Shown here one piece after another: positions 24,466 to 38,575 of a DNA stretch of 64,000 bases. Source of the stretch: the human T2T-CHM13v2.0 reference genome, Homo sapiens. Position numbers and translations under genes: made by a program. The notes under the pieces were generated by a model. It saw nothing but the letters and a program-made list of their open reading frames with translations, did not search any database and had not been told where the DNA came from. Location: assembly GCF_009914755.1 (NCBI RefSeq), contig NC_060929.1. One strand, 5' to 3'. The number at the start of each line of letters is the position of its first letter. Position 1 is the first letter of the stretch.

Positions 24466-27400
24466 TATCTTTGCATTCTATGATATCAAAACAAAATAAT
24501 ATCCTTGTTGATAGTCTCCTAGAATGACAGGTTTTTGCTGAGCATCCTTTTTTGTGTGTTCACAGTGGTGTAATATTGTGGATCTGACTTCATGTGTCAC
24601 TAAGAACAGGAGATCCAAGACTGCTCTTCTGGGGATGAGGTGATGCTGATCTATTTTCGCTGATATCAGTTATGCTGATCGTTTTAAAAAATTGTGTTGG
24701 GTATCTAGAGATATATGGAAAGCTAGCAAAAATAGCCCCTGGTAATTTAATCACCCATCTGTCTAAGTATGTGGTCCAATTCTTCCTTCACACTAGCAAG
24801 TAAGGAGAGTGTAGTGAAGTCAGCCATTGCCTGGTTTCGAGACAGCACAGAGGGCCCACTGTCTAGATTTGAGGCTGTGTGGGATAGCATGCTGCCCTGA
24901 GAATTTTGTTGGTATGTACATGGTGTGTTGGTGCACTGGCATGCATGGAAGCTTATGGGGTGTGGTGTCTGAATGTGTGAATCCTAGAAAGAGTGGATGT
25001 ATTTAGGGAAATCATACATACTCTTACTGTTTTGGCTAGGAATGGGGACCACTTCCCTGGTAACAAAGAGCAATTTCTTAAGGCAAAGGGGGGACCTGTA
25101 TTTCTAGACAGCTAAATTAGAAAATGTCAGACTTGAAGAGGTGCTGGGTGGATGCACACAGAGAAGAGTCAGGGCGGGCATCTATTCTGTGTACATTCAA
25201 TTCTAAAAGCACATCTACTTTTACTACTTGCACACCAGCAAAGCCCAACCCATGTTTAAAAGTTTATGAGAGACACATATTTCATTAACTAGCCAAGAAG
25301 GCTATAAATCAGCAATTAGCCCAGGTGCCGGGAAATTTCCTAAAGCCTCATTTTAACATTCAGTGACATTTTTTCCAAAGTTCCTTTGATTTCACCATTC
25401 AATTTAAAAGGCTAACCAGGAAGGAAAATAATGCTAATGCACTGGCAAGAGATTAGATATCTAAAAGTCACTGGATGTTTTCTATAATCTTCAAAATCCA
25501 GCAGTACAGATTTTATTTTGCTATTCATCAGCGGTTTGTTTGTTGTCTAGACTAGAAATAAACAGAAGGGAAGGTCTTTAATACTTAGCCAGCCAAAACT
25601 GGTGATTCTAGTTACAGTTGGACACCTAGATGCCCAGAGTATTTTATGTTTTATAGCCCCTACTTTGAGTATTATCACCTGCTAGAAAATATAATCAATA
25701 TTTTGCAACTGAGGCTGACCACCTGTGGTGACTTGGTGCTGGGTATACAATCCATGTAGCTCATTCCAGTATGTAGTGGGACCAACTCTAGGCCTTCTGA
25801 GGAAATGTACCTTCTTCTATTTGTGTGCCTTTACTATTCTCAGCAGAGACTGAGCTGGGCCAGTTTTCAGTTAGACTATTAGGAGACTGAGATATTCCTT
25901 TGGATTTTAAGTTGTGTCATTTCTGAGTGTCAGAACTAGGTTTAATCAGAAATAAAACCTAGGAAAGAAGCAATGGTGATTTTCAGCATGTTTGCTGAAT
26001 GTCAATATGCTCCAGGGTCAGTTCTGAGTTTGAATCCCGACTTGTCACTTCCTAGTTATGTGATTTCAATCAGATTACTTAATGTCTCCAAACTCAATTT
26101 CCTTCTATGCAAATAGAGTAATACACATATTGGGAAGCATTGTTGGCAACAGGAATGCTGTGTGTAGGTGTGTATACCTATATGGTATCTCCACGATCAC
26201 ACTTCTTAAGAGGTAAATCTTTACAGCAATGCTTCTTTAATTCCCAGTAGGACCCAAATCTGTTGGCATAGTTTTAAATTTAAATTCGTCATTAGATACA
26301 TTTGGATCCATAGTTCATCCTTTCCCCCAGCACACTTCTGCTCAAAAATCTTAAGACCCACTTAGAGTTGCTAATACCTTCTGCTGCTCCCACTCTCCCT
26401 GGTTTTGCCTTCTCGGGATGCCCACCTCTCTTGGGAGTCTGTCTTGGTGCCAGGGTATCTGTGAAACCCGTGTCTGTGTGTGCTTTATGCTCACAGGAAT
26501 CATTTTTAACACAACCTAACCATTAGAGAGGTGTGGTTCACACTCTGCCATCAGAGCAACCACTAATTGATACCTTTTGAAAAATGACAGATTCCCTGAA
26601 GCGTTCAAGGCCGCCTGACAGGCAGAGATGCCACCTACCTCTATGATTAGCACTCTCCCATGCAGACACTGGTGATTTAAGACATATGTTGTTCTTTCTT
26701 GACATTATTTTCTTTCACATTATTCCTAGTATATACTTTCTCATTTTATTTTACCATATAATAGCATTAATCCCTTTATTATTTCCAAGGATTTCGAAAA
26801 AGCTAATTTCTGAAGCTGTGCCCTCTGGACCTAGTGTCCTTTACTGTGCCATGTGGCATCTTGTTAATGGGTAGTGGAATTTGGTGAATACTTTTTTGTT
26901 TCTTTGTTGAAGGAGGGAAATAAAGCAGAAAGAGGTGTGTAGGGGTGGGAGGTGAGGAGCAAAGTAAGGAAATGAGTGTTGTTCCCAAGAAAACCAAGAA
27001 TTATAGAATTGTCTCTCTCTATCAAGCAGAAATTGAGATATTTATGTCAGCACACGCTATATCACTACTTGAGATAATCAACAAATTTGTAGGAATTTGT
27101 CATGTCTACTCATATCTGGGCAACGTTAGGAAATTACAAAAGATAAAGAAAAACTGCTAGAACAAAGGCTTAATGAAGGTAGGAATAAAGTCACTATTAT
27201 CCTCTACCATATCCCCAGTCTTTAACAAAGTGCATGGCAAAGATTATATATTTCATAAACATTTGCTTTGTAAATGTGCTTTGGATCATGTCCTTGGATG
27301 ACTTAGAATGGATTGTAAGTACCTTTTCTCTGAAGCATTGTAACTATTTATTAGGTTGGGATGTAACTAAACCTGAAAGGTAGGTGACATATTTTTATGT

Positions 27401-27934
27401 CATTACTACCTGAACATAGACAGTTTCTTAATATCAGTTAAGAAAAGAAGAAAGAAAGATGCATTTGGATAGACTTGAGACTAGAATTATCAAAGCAGTC
27501 AGCACAATTTCTTTAATAACTCCATCTATCATTGTGCTGAATTACAGCATTGTTTGCTTCCAATGTTGTGTCTCTTGGCTTCAGAATGCAGGAATAATTG
27601 TAGACTGTGCCTTGACATTCCAGAACCGAGGCCAAGATCATCCTCAAATTGCCGGGTACGAGAAAGCAGACAATAAATGAATCAGAAAACATGACTTTCT
27701 CATGTTACAATGTTCCGCCATCTGCCCAGGAATGTGGGGGCAGCTGGGGTAGCTGCATACAACTGATCCTGGAGATGGTCCAGACAAAGTTGCCCAAAGT
27801 CATTAAGGGCTACAAAAGCAATGTCATATGATAAAAGATGGAAAGATTCAGAATCCAGTGGGAACTAAGATGAAGGTAGATACATTTATGAAATGTCATG
27901 CAGAATATAAGCCTGCAGCAGTAAAAACTTTAAA

Positions 27935-28180
27935 AATAAAGAACAGTAAAAGTTTATTGAGCACTAACATTATGTACAGTAATGAATGATTTACCTATGA
28001 CTTCATTTCTTTTGCATAAACATCCTAGAGGGATAGGTATTTTCATCATCTCTCTTTTATAGAAAAGAAATATGATACTTAGAGAAGTTGATTATCTTGG
28101 CCAGGGTTCCACAGTGGTGGAACCGGAACCTGAACCGCAGTAGTAAACCCCAAAGCCTAGTTCTTAAACATTGCACCATA
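27935..28180 (-). mobile_element. MIR
   Basis: 'tttattgagcactaac...agagaagttgattatcttggccagggt'. Confidence 0.7.
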
Positions 28181-28887
28181 TTTCCTAACCACTTTTAGAC
28201 TACTGAGGATAAGGGAGCCTTTTATCAGTTAAAAAAAGAAAATGATCATTTTTGGGAGCTGAAGATCTTCAAAGGTATTTATGTTACCGCAATGAGGGGT
28301 AACAAAATAAAAATGAGGGGTACCCCAGGGAAAGGAAGGGACAACCCTAAAGGCAAATGACAAATTGGTGACCAAATTAGATTTAGATCTAAAGTCCTTT
28401 GATGACTGCCCAATACCTTTTCCCTAAATGCATCTCTTCCCTTTTTTGTTGTCTAACCCTGGATTCCTTTACTTCATACTTTTTATAGTAAAGCAGGGGC
28501 TGAGAGTTGAGGGAATGACAAGAAATAATGGCATGGAAGCAAAGGCAGAAAATCTGAAAACAGCATGATGAAAGTAACAATGAGATTTCAGTATTAGCCT
28601 GTAAGCAGAGTCATCCCAATACATGCCACACATACTCTTTAGAGTATCTCCTAGAAATAGTTTTGGGGCTTTTGTTTGCTAGCTTCCCAAATACAACTAA
28701 CATTCATCTTTTGCATCACACTCCAGACTATACAAATCCTTTTCCTAAGCCCAACACTAGAAGACATTCATCTAGTCAGTATTCCATAGTTGTCAAAAAT
28801 ACTGGAGATGGAATGCTTTTGGTTCAAACCAGGCTCAGCCACTTATCATCTGAGTGGCCATGAGGTTTACTTAACCTTACTGTCTGC

Positions 28888-29528
28888 TTATTCATTCATT
28901 CAAAAAATATTTATCGAGCTCCACTTCTGTGCAAGGCTATCAGTGAAGTGAAGTGCTGGAGACACAGCAGAATACCCGAGATAGAATTTCTTGCATGCAT
29001 GGAGTTTACATTTTATTGGGGGATGACAGATAATAAACAGGTAGACATGTAATACATCAAAAAGACTTTTAAATCTAGAGAAAGAGGGATGAGATATGTG
29101 GTATGAGTTTACAATTTTAAACAGGGTAATTTTACAAGGGTCCTCACTGGAAAGGTAACATTTGAGCAAAGACGTGAAACAGTGAGGAGAAAAGTTTCCC
29201 AGGTAGAGGGAATGATGAGTTCAAAGGCTCCTAATAGAATCAGAGGTGTGTTAGAGGAGCAGCATGGCTAGAGAGGAATAAATGAGGGGGAAAAGAGTGG
29301 AAGATGAGGACGGTGGTAAGAGAGATGCATCAAATATCAAGCAGGATCTTTATGGCCATTGCAACAACTTTAACTTTGAGTCTGAGTGAGGTGGAAGGTT
29401 TTGAGCAGGGGAGTGTCATTCTCTTACATGGGTCTGGTGGAGAGTACCAGCCCTAGTCTGAGAGAGCCTGCTGTGCAACCTTGTAGATCTTTAATGATGT
29501 CTTGCACCAGCATGGTAGTAAAAGATGT

Positions 29529-29575
<47 letters not shown>

Positions 29576-30200
29576 TCAGCTGCTGGATTTATTCTGAAGA
29601 TAGTGCCACCAGAATGTGCTGATGAAATGGACAATGTGAGGTATATAGGCAAGACAGGAATCAAGGTTTACTTGGAGGGTTTAGGCCTGACCAACTGGGT
29701 GAATAAAATTGCCATTGACTGAGAAGGCATAAACTTAGAAGAAGGAGGGCTTTAGTATTTTCCAGGTGGAAGCTGGTGGTGCTGATGACTAAGTCATGAC
29801 CTCAGTTGGGTCATCTTATATCTGACATGCCCAAGTAGAGTTGTTGAAGAGTCAGTTGATTGAGTTTAGAGTTCGGGGAAATATCTGGGCCTGGAGACAA
29901 ATCTCAGAGTTGTCAGAGTATAAATGGTATCTCAAGCTGTGGACCTGGAAGATGTACCTGGTGAGAAAGTGTGTATAGAGAAGAGGCTCAGGACTGAGCC
30001 CTAAGATCTCCTTATGTTGGAAATTGGGAGGTTGAAAAGATGCAATAGAGGTAGCCAAGATGGAGTGGCCAGTGGTCGCAGTAAGATTGGTACCTTAGAA
30101 GTCAAGAGAGGGAGGTATTTCAAGGTGGAGTGATGCACGGTCTCCTTGTCTTGCTTTGATGATAGACCAGTGTTAAACACATTGTTTTTGTATACTAAAG
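28888..30200 (-). mobile_element. L2 3' portion
   Basis: Starts with the antisense L2 tail attcattcattcaaaaaatattt; typical L2 body follows. Confidence 0.85.
29532..29573 (+). repeat. Pure A42 tract inside the L2
   Basis: Direct read. Confidence 0.98.
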
Positions 30201-30544
30201 ATTTGCTTGACACACGGATTGAACTGTGCCACAGACAATGAATTATCATGGAAAATCGCTTTTGCTCTCCCATCCTCAGTTTCCCTGTAAGTTAAATGAG
30301 CAAATTTGATTTGTTAAGTCCTAAAATACCTTCCAGCCTTGATATACTATGAAATTTTTTTTTGGTATGATTCTTTAATTCAGTCAAGACTGAATCCATT
30401 CAGGGATTCTGCAATTTTATGACAAACAGAATCTAAAGTATCTTTTGTTTAGTCTCTCCAAACCAAATGGCCTTTAATTTAATATCACTCTGTCTTGTTT
30501 TTGTTTTTCTTTATGGACATTGTCTTTCTCTGTTGATTTTGTAG

Positions 30545-30888
30545 ACTTGGAAGAAACCTCCATCCTCAGGGATTTGAAGAAGGTTATACTGGAACCTGTG
30601 TGAAGGCTGAGACAACCGTCCCTTTTGTGGTGGCCTGAGGGGATTTTCTTAATCCCAATGTTGCCCTGAAATTTATGTCCAGGATTCAAAAAGTTTAGGA
30701 CTGCTAAGGTATGAGTTTGTGACTTTATTATTTTCTAAGACAAATGTGAACATTTAAAGATATTTATCCATATTTGCAGCCTTTCTCCTCCCCCTTTCCC
30801 TGACCTTCTTCTCTTTACTTTGTCTCTTAAAGGAAAGATCTTTTCTATCTTGAAAAGATACCATCACTTATGGGATGTGTTACCACAG
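30545..30888 (+). other. Two candidate spliced exons, 30545-30708 and 30833-30888
   Basis: Long polypyrimidine tracts ending in tag and aag; donors aag|gtatga and cag|gtaaag; 124-nt intron; no intact frame across the first exon. Confidence 0.35.
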
Positions 30889-32421
30889 GTAAAGATACAA
30901 TGGTAGAAACTGAAGGAAGCCTGCATTGTCTATATAATAAAGAGGTGGTCAGAGGGCAAAGACAAAGCATGCAGAGATGTTTGTGCAGGTGTCTCAGCTA
31001 GAAAGAAAAGAGAAATGGGGGTAGATACTTATGTAATAAAAGACTTCAGGTAACAAGATGAGTAAAGAAGTGGTGCTGTGTAATACACTGTTTATTCATA
31101 TTTACAGTGTCCACAGGAGACTTTGACAAAATTTTGTTATTCCTTAAGGTCTTTAGGGGAGTTGTCTTTGTATTTATTTTATATCCATGCTGGAGCAGAC
31201 TCTAAGTTGAAGTCAAAAGGTCTCGATTATTTTTTCTAGTTCAAATGATAATTATCACAGTAACGATAGACACTAATCAACAAAGTATGCATTTGCGTGC
31301 ATATAAATACATCCTTATACACATACAAAAACATGTACATATAAATATATATAATTTATTGAATGGTATCTCTGTGCGTGTGTATGTGTGCGCACATGTG
31401 TATATGCATATATATGTACGTATATATAGATAGAGTGTTGGGGAGGGAGGGACAGATGGAGGGAGGGGAGAGAGAGAATGCTTAGAACCACCATTTGTGG
31501 AGTCTGTATTGTGAGTCAGGCATTGTGCTATGAGCTTTGAAAAAAATACTATAAGCACAACTCATAACAACCATCTGGAATAGGGATTTCTGTTCTGGGA
31601 AACCAAAGGGGAGACAAGTAAAAAGATTTTCTAAGACTGTGTAGCAAGAAAGGGTCAGGGGCCAGGCTCATTCCCACACTTAGTAGAATTTAAGTCTCTG
31701 TGCTCACTGTAGAGAGTAGTAGGATTGCATTCACTGCTGGTTAAAAGCACTGGGGAAAAGATGATTTTATAGCTTACAACCACATGGCATGTTCAAGAGA
31801 AGTTGTAGGATGTCTGAAAATTCCATTGGTAACTCATTTGATGCCCTTTTAATCTCCTTCAAAAAAGAAAGAAAAATAATCCTTCATAACCCAAAGGTTT
31901 CTGGGAACTGGGAGAACAATGTAGGTGAGGTGTGGCATTGGCTCTCTTCTTCTGGCACCGTAAGTCATATGTCATGCACGTGCCAGATAGAAGGGTGGAG
32001 CTGTTGAATATCACATTAGTTACAGTCACAGGCCTGCTGTCATTTTATTTCTGAATTTCTCACTGCTAGAGTAAGTGTGGTGTATGCTCTTAGCTAGTCA
32101 TGAATGGGCCTTCCTTTGAGGATGAAGCACTTTCTATCTAGTATTCCCAAATGCCAGTGAATAAATGATTGAGCTGTGATGTTCACATTGCTTGTAGAAC
32201 CGCTAGAAAGCTGCTGAGATGGGCGGACATGTAAGAGGGAGCATTTCAAATACACATTCCTCCTTCTCTAGTCAGAATAACTTTGTCTTTTTTTTACAAA
32301 GTAGATTAATTATTTTTCTCTTTTTGACATCTTTAAGGAAGTTTCAGTATAAATACTTAGTAGGAATTCATTTTTCATTAACATGGTTTCAAGGACCAAA
32401 TAGGTAATTAACCATTCATAA

Positions 32422-32972
<551 letters not shown>

Positions 32973-33494
32973 TGAGGTTTTTTGGCTTTGAGAGTATCGA
33001 ACTTTAATTCAGAATGTCTGTTCTGTCAAGAATATTCACTTAGATGCCAGCTACTTACAACATAAATTTAGAAAAGTTTTAAAGGACTTGGCTATAAAAA
33101 TTTTTCTGGTTTAGAGACCAGTCGACCATTAAGGGGAAAATAAAGCTCCCTCTGATTGTTGACGGAGGATGCAGGGCAAAGAATGCCTGTTTTGCTGTGC
33201 ATGTTCATCACAGGGCTCTGTTCAGCTGTAGTATATATAAAGATGTGCCTGTGTCTGTTCACAGACCAAAACCCAGTTTCCAGGGAAGAAGAAGGAAATG
33301 AGGCAGTGTTGGTACTATCAATCTGCCTAATGCTTCCTGGCTCCTGTGCTCTGGTGCATGGAACAGATTTTTCAGATGTCTTTTCAAGTGCAGACACTAT
33401 TAATTAGTGGCTATGGAACTAGTCTTTAGAAAAGGCAAATCAAAGTTCCAATAAAGCTCCTGTATGAACATTAGAAAGGCCGTCTAATTCTTCT

Positions 33495-33697
33495 CAGCCT
33501 ATGCTGTTTAAAGTATGTTTTCTAAGTCAGCAGCATCAGCATCATCTGAGCTTGTTAGGCATGCAAATTCTTCATTTCCCAGGCTTACTATTTGACTTTA
33601 CTAAGTCAAACTTCTTGGAGAAAGGTCCAGAAATCTGTTTTTGTTTAATAAGCCATCTAGATAATTCATGTGCTTTGCTAAAATTTAAAAACCACTG
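33495..33697. mobile_element. MER5A-like hAT-Charlie element
   Basis: 'cagcagcatcagcatca...gagcttgttag...aatctg...aaaccactg'. Confidence 0.7.
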
Positions 33698-34010
33698 CTT
33701 AACCTGATCTCTGAAAAATAAGGGAGCTTATAAAAATTTGGTGTCTAAAAACTAGGAGAATCTAAGAATATTAATGACCCATATGCCTTAGTGTGTGTGT
33801 ATGTGTATATTTGTATGTGTATATAGTGAATACATACACAAATACATATGCATATGACATCAAAAGGGAAAAAAGTTTTTCAAAAAATCATAAGCAAAGT
33901 TAATTACTGCATTTGAAATCTACAAAATGGAAAAAATAGATATAAAATTAATTTAAATCTAAACTTAAAATAGCTGTCATTATATATAAATGAGTCCACA
34001 AAATAGAGTA

Positions 34011-34330
34011 ATCCAGACATCGAGGCTCATGCCTGTAATCTTAGTGATTTGAGAGGCCAAGAGGAGAAGATTGCACGAGGTCAGGAGTTCAAGACCAGCC
34101 TGGGCAACATAGCAAGACCTGTTTCTAAAATAAAATAGAAAATAAAAGAAAAGAAATTAGCCAGGCATCGTAGCATGTACCTATAGTCCTAGATACTCAG
34201 GAGGCTAAGGTGAAGAGATTGCTTGCGTCCAAGAATTTGAGGTTACAGTGAGATATGACTGTGCCACTGCACTGCAGACTGGGTGACATAGTGAGACTCT
34301 GTCCCTATAAAAATAAAAATAAATAATAAA
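34011..34330 (+). mobile_element. AluJ
   Basis: Diverged Alu with 'gggcaacatagcaagacc' and 'gaggttacagtgagatatga' J-type features. Confidence 0.9.
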
Positions 34331-35880
34331 ACAATAGAGAGTTCTGAAATAGGAACACATATATATAGTCAACTGACTTTTAACAAGAGCACCACATTAC
34401 TTCAAAAGAAATAGGAAAAATTGCTTGAACAAATAATACAAAACAGCCGGATATTTATGTAAAAAAATAAAGAAGCTTAATTTCTACCTTATACCATACA
34501 CAAAAATCAGTTTGAGTCAGAGAACAGACTGAAACATAAATGCAAAAAAAAAAAAAAAAAAAAAAAAAACCCACCAGAGATCTCCTGGAACAAAAGCTAG
34601 AATACCTTTGTAACTTCAGGAGGAAAAGATTTCTTAGAAAGGACACAAATGCACAAACCATAAGAAGAAATAAATACTTTAAACTTCATGAAAATTAAAA
34701 GCATCTACTCATCAAAAAATACCACCAAGAAAATAAAGAGATGGACCACAGACTAGGAGAAAATAGTTGTAATACCTATATTTAACATACATATGAACAT
34801 TCACTTCATAAAACTAGATAAAATAGCCAACAAAGACAAGCAGTGGTGCTTAATTTGCATTGCACCACAATGAGATACTTCTACACGCTTATCAGAATGG
34901 CTAAAAATAAAACGAATGAGAGCACCAAAAGTTAAAAGGATGTGAAGTAACCACAGTTCTCATACATTACTGGTAGAATTGTGTAATGTTCCAATCACTT
35001 TGAAAACCAATTTGGCAGTTTCTTATAAAGTTGTCCAAGTATCTGCTTTAAGACCTGGAAATTCCACTCCTAGGTATTTATCAGACAGGATTGAAAACAT
35101 TTGTGCACACATTTTCTTTATAACTTTAATTATAATAACTCAATCCTGAAAACAACTCAGATGTCTAACAAAAAAAAATGGATAAACTCTTACATATTCA
35201 TAAAGTAGATGATATGGTTTGGCTCTGGGTCCCCATCCAAATCTCGTCTCTAATTGTAATTCCCACGTGTCAAGGTAGGGACCTGGAGGAAGGTGATTGG
35301 ATCATGGAGGTGGTTTCCCCCATGCTTTTCTGGTAGTGAGTGAGTTCTCACGAGCTCTGATGGTTTAAGAGTGTTTGGCAGTTCCCCTCTCCCTCTCTCT
35401 CTCTTCTGCCAGCATGTAAGACATGCTTTGTTTCCCCTTTGCCTTCTGCCATGATTGTAAGTTTCCAGAACTGTGAGTCAATTAAACCTCTTTTCTTTAT
35501 AAATTACCCAGTCTCAGGTAGTTCTTTATAGCAATGTGAAAATTGACTAATATAGTAGAATACTATTCAACAATAAAAAGACTGTCACACATAATAACAT
35601 GGACAAATCTCAAAAATAGTATGGTGTAGGTGAAAGAAGTCTAACACCAAAAATAACTTGTATAATTTTATGTATATGAAATTAGAGAATAGTCAGAACT
35701 AATCTATGATGACAGAAATCGGCTCAGTGCTTGCTTCTGGTGAGGTGATGCCTGGGAAATGTTCATGAGGGAAATTTCTAGGGTGATGGAAATGTTCTGT
35801 GTCTTGATATGCATTATCAAAGCTGATTAAATGATACACATATTAAGCATTTCACTGCATGTAAATTATATTTCAATTTT
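34331..35880 (+). mobile_element. L1ME-like ORF2 end and 3'UTR, interrupted by THE1D
   Basis: 'ataccatacacaaaaatc', 'ttggcagtttcttataaagtt', 'aattccactcctaggtattta', 'gggtgatggaaatgttct'. Confidence 0.8.
35210..35554 (+). mobile_element. THE1D solo LTR
   Basis: tgatatggtttggctctg...gactaatata; perfect 5-bp TSD GTAGA at 35205-35209 and 35555-35559. Confidence 0.9.
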
Positions 35881-36169
35881 AAAATGCATTAAAATTTTGT
35901 TAGGAACTGCCATTAATTACATACTTTGTTCAAAGTGCTTTTCTTTAAATGCATAAACTCATTTGATCCTTGAAACAACTCTCTGGGATAGGTATCATTA
36001 TTCCTAATGTACAGATGTAGAAACTGATACTGAGAAAAGTTAAGCAATTTGCTCCAAATCATACGGCTTGGTCACAGAAGCTGAATTCAAGTGTCAGTCC
36101 ATCTGACTCCAAGGCCTGGCTTAATCATCATGTTACTACTCATTTGGCATAAGTGCCTATGACCCCATC

Positions 36170-37285
36170 TTTTTCTTTTGAACTTTTATTTTAGGTTCAA
36201 GGGTACATGCGAAGCTTTGTTATGTAGGTAAACTAGCGTCACAGGGGTTTGCTGTACAGATTAGTTCATCACCCAGGTATTAAGCCTAGTACCCTATAGT
36301 TATTTTTTTCTGCTCCTCTCCCTCCCTCAACTCTCCACCCTCAAGTACACACCAGTGTCTGTTGTTCCCTTCTTTGTGTTCATGAGTTCTCATAATTTAG
36401 CTTCCACTTATAAGTGAGAACGTGAGGTATTTGGTTTTCTGTTCCTGTGTTGGTTTGCTTAGGATGATAGTCTCCAGCTTCATCCATGTTCCCACATTAA
36501 ACATGATGTTGTTCTTTTTTATGGCTGCATAGGATTCCATGGTGTATATATACAACATTTTCTTTATCCAATCTGCCATTGATGGGCATTTAGGTTGATT
36601 CATTGTCTTTGCTATTCTGAATAGTGCTGCAATGAACATTCATGCACATGTGTCTTTATGGTAGAATTATTTATATTCCTCTAGGTATATATCCAGTAAT
36701 GGGATTGCTGGGTCAAATGGTAATTCTGCTTTTAGCTGTTTGAAGAATCACCATACTGCTTTTCACAGTGGTTGAACTAATTTATACTCCCACCAACAGT
36801 GTATAAGTGTTCCCTTTTCCCTGCAACCTCACCAGCATCTGTAATTTTTTGACTTTTTAGTAATAGCCATTCTGACTGGTGTGAGATGGTATCTTGTAAT
36901 GGTTTTGATTTGCATTTCTCTAATGATCATTGATATTGAGCTTTTTTTCATATGCTTTTTGGCCACATGTATTTCTTCTTTTGAAAAGTATTTATGTCCT
37001 TTGCCTACTTTTTAATGGGGTTGCTTGTTTTCTTCTTGTAAATTTAACTTCCTTGTAGATGCTGGACATTAGACCTTTGTCATATGCATAGTTTGCAGAT
37101 ATTTTCGTCCATTCTGTAGGTTGTTTACTCTGTTGAAAGTTACTTTTTATTTTTTTGCAGTATAGATGCTCTTAAGTTTAATTAGATTCCACTTGTCAAT
37201 TTTTGCTTTTGTTATGATTGCTTTTAGTGTCTTTGTCATGAAATCTTTGCCCATTCCTATGTCCAGAATGGTATTGCCTAAGTTG
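36170..37285 (-). mobile_element. Older L1PA (about PA13-16) 3' 1.1 kb
   Basis: ORF2 C-terminal fragments in ORFs 36397-36639 and 37147-37356; TSD tatgac(c/t)ccatcttt. Confidence 0.9.
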
Positions 37286-37398
37286 TATGACTCCATCTTT
37301 ATTCCAGGCCAGTTGTGAGGAAATAGTCTCTTGAAGAGGCTACCAGAAAAGCCCATTAGGGACAGTGGTTGTTAAATAAATGCATTCTGTATTTCTCG

Positions 37399-37717
<319 letters not shown>

Positions 37718-37934
37718 AGCATTCTGTATTTTTCTAATAATTATGGTGACATTAAAGTTAATAGCAAATATTACTTCTGCCCTCAAGGATCATTGCTTTA
37801 AAGTGCTCTAATACAAGTCTGTTTTCTCAGGGTGAACCTTCTAGATCATGGACCATAATATAAATTCTAGAGCCAGAAACTGTGTAATATGCAGTTTAGA
37901 AAACCCCATATGACTTGCAGAGGCAATGTCATTT

Positions 37935-38160
37935 AATAAAGAGCTCTGGTGTGAGACTGCCTTGGCTCAAGTCCAGATGGTTTTACTTTCTGGGTGTATG
38001 ACCAATGACAAGTCACTGAACTGCTCCAGACCTCAGTTTCTTCATTCATAGGATGGGGATGATTCTCATACCTACCTGATAACAAAGTAAGGATTAAATA
38101 AAATTATGCTGCTAAAAAACTAATATGTGATGGTTACTTACGAGCCCTCTATAAATGCTA
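37935..38160 (+). mobile_element. MIR
   Basis: 'caagtcactgaactgctccagacctcagtttcttcatt...aggatggggatga'. Confidence 0.75.
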
Positions 38161-38226
38161 GGCTGCTGTTTTGGGTTTTAGAGATTATATGAACAATGAC
38201 ATTCCTAAGCCAGAGAATAATCTAAT

Positions 38227-38575
38227 TTCCTGTTGTATGTGGCAGCTCAGGGTCCCTATGTGTGTCTATGTATTCACTTAATTTTGGCTGAAAGCAAAAT
38301 GCTGTTGTTTTCTAAAAACTATATCAGTGTTTTATTATAAGAATTTGCAACCTTGGAATGAAGTGGACCCTGTTGCTCAACAGAAAAAAAAGGCATTTAA
38401 TTACTACATAGGAAATTGTGTTGAGGAAAAATTGTCATTAAATATAATTGTTATGCTTTATCTGTCCAGAATGATTGAAAGTGGCCTGAAACTATTTAGC
38501 ATGTTTAACAGATATCAGCAAGGTTAATTGTTTGGGAACATCGAAGAGCTGAATTCCTCCGTGCACCTCCACAAT
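38227..38575 (+). pseudogene. Putative unprocessed fossil of a C15orf48(NMES1)/NDUFA4-family gene
   Basis: Exon 38328-38392 encodes KNLQPWNEVDPVAQQK versus C15orf48 KNPEPWETVDPTVPQK. After a 119-nt intron, the exon from 38512 has 7 codons then WE(fs)IEEL versus LITINQQWKPIEEL. Upstream VAAQG..(fs)MYSL versus VAAGG...VYSL. Confidence 0.65.
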
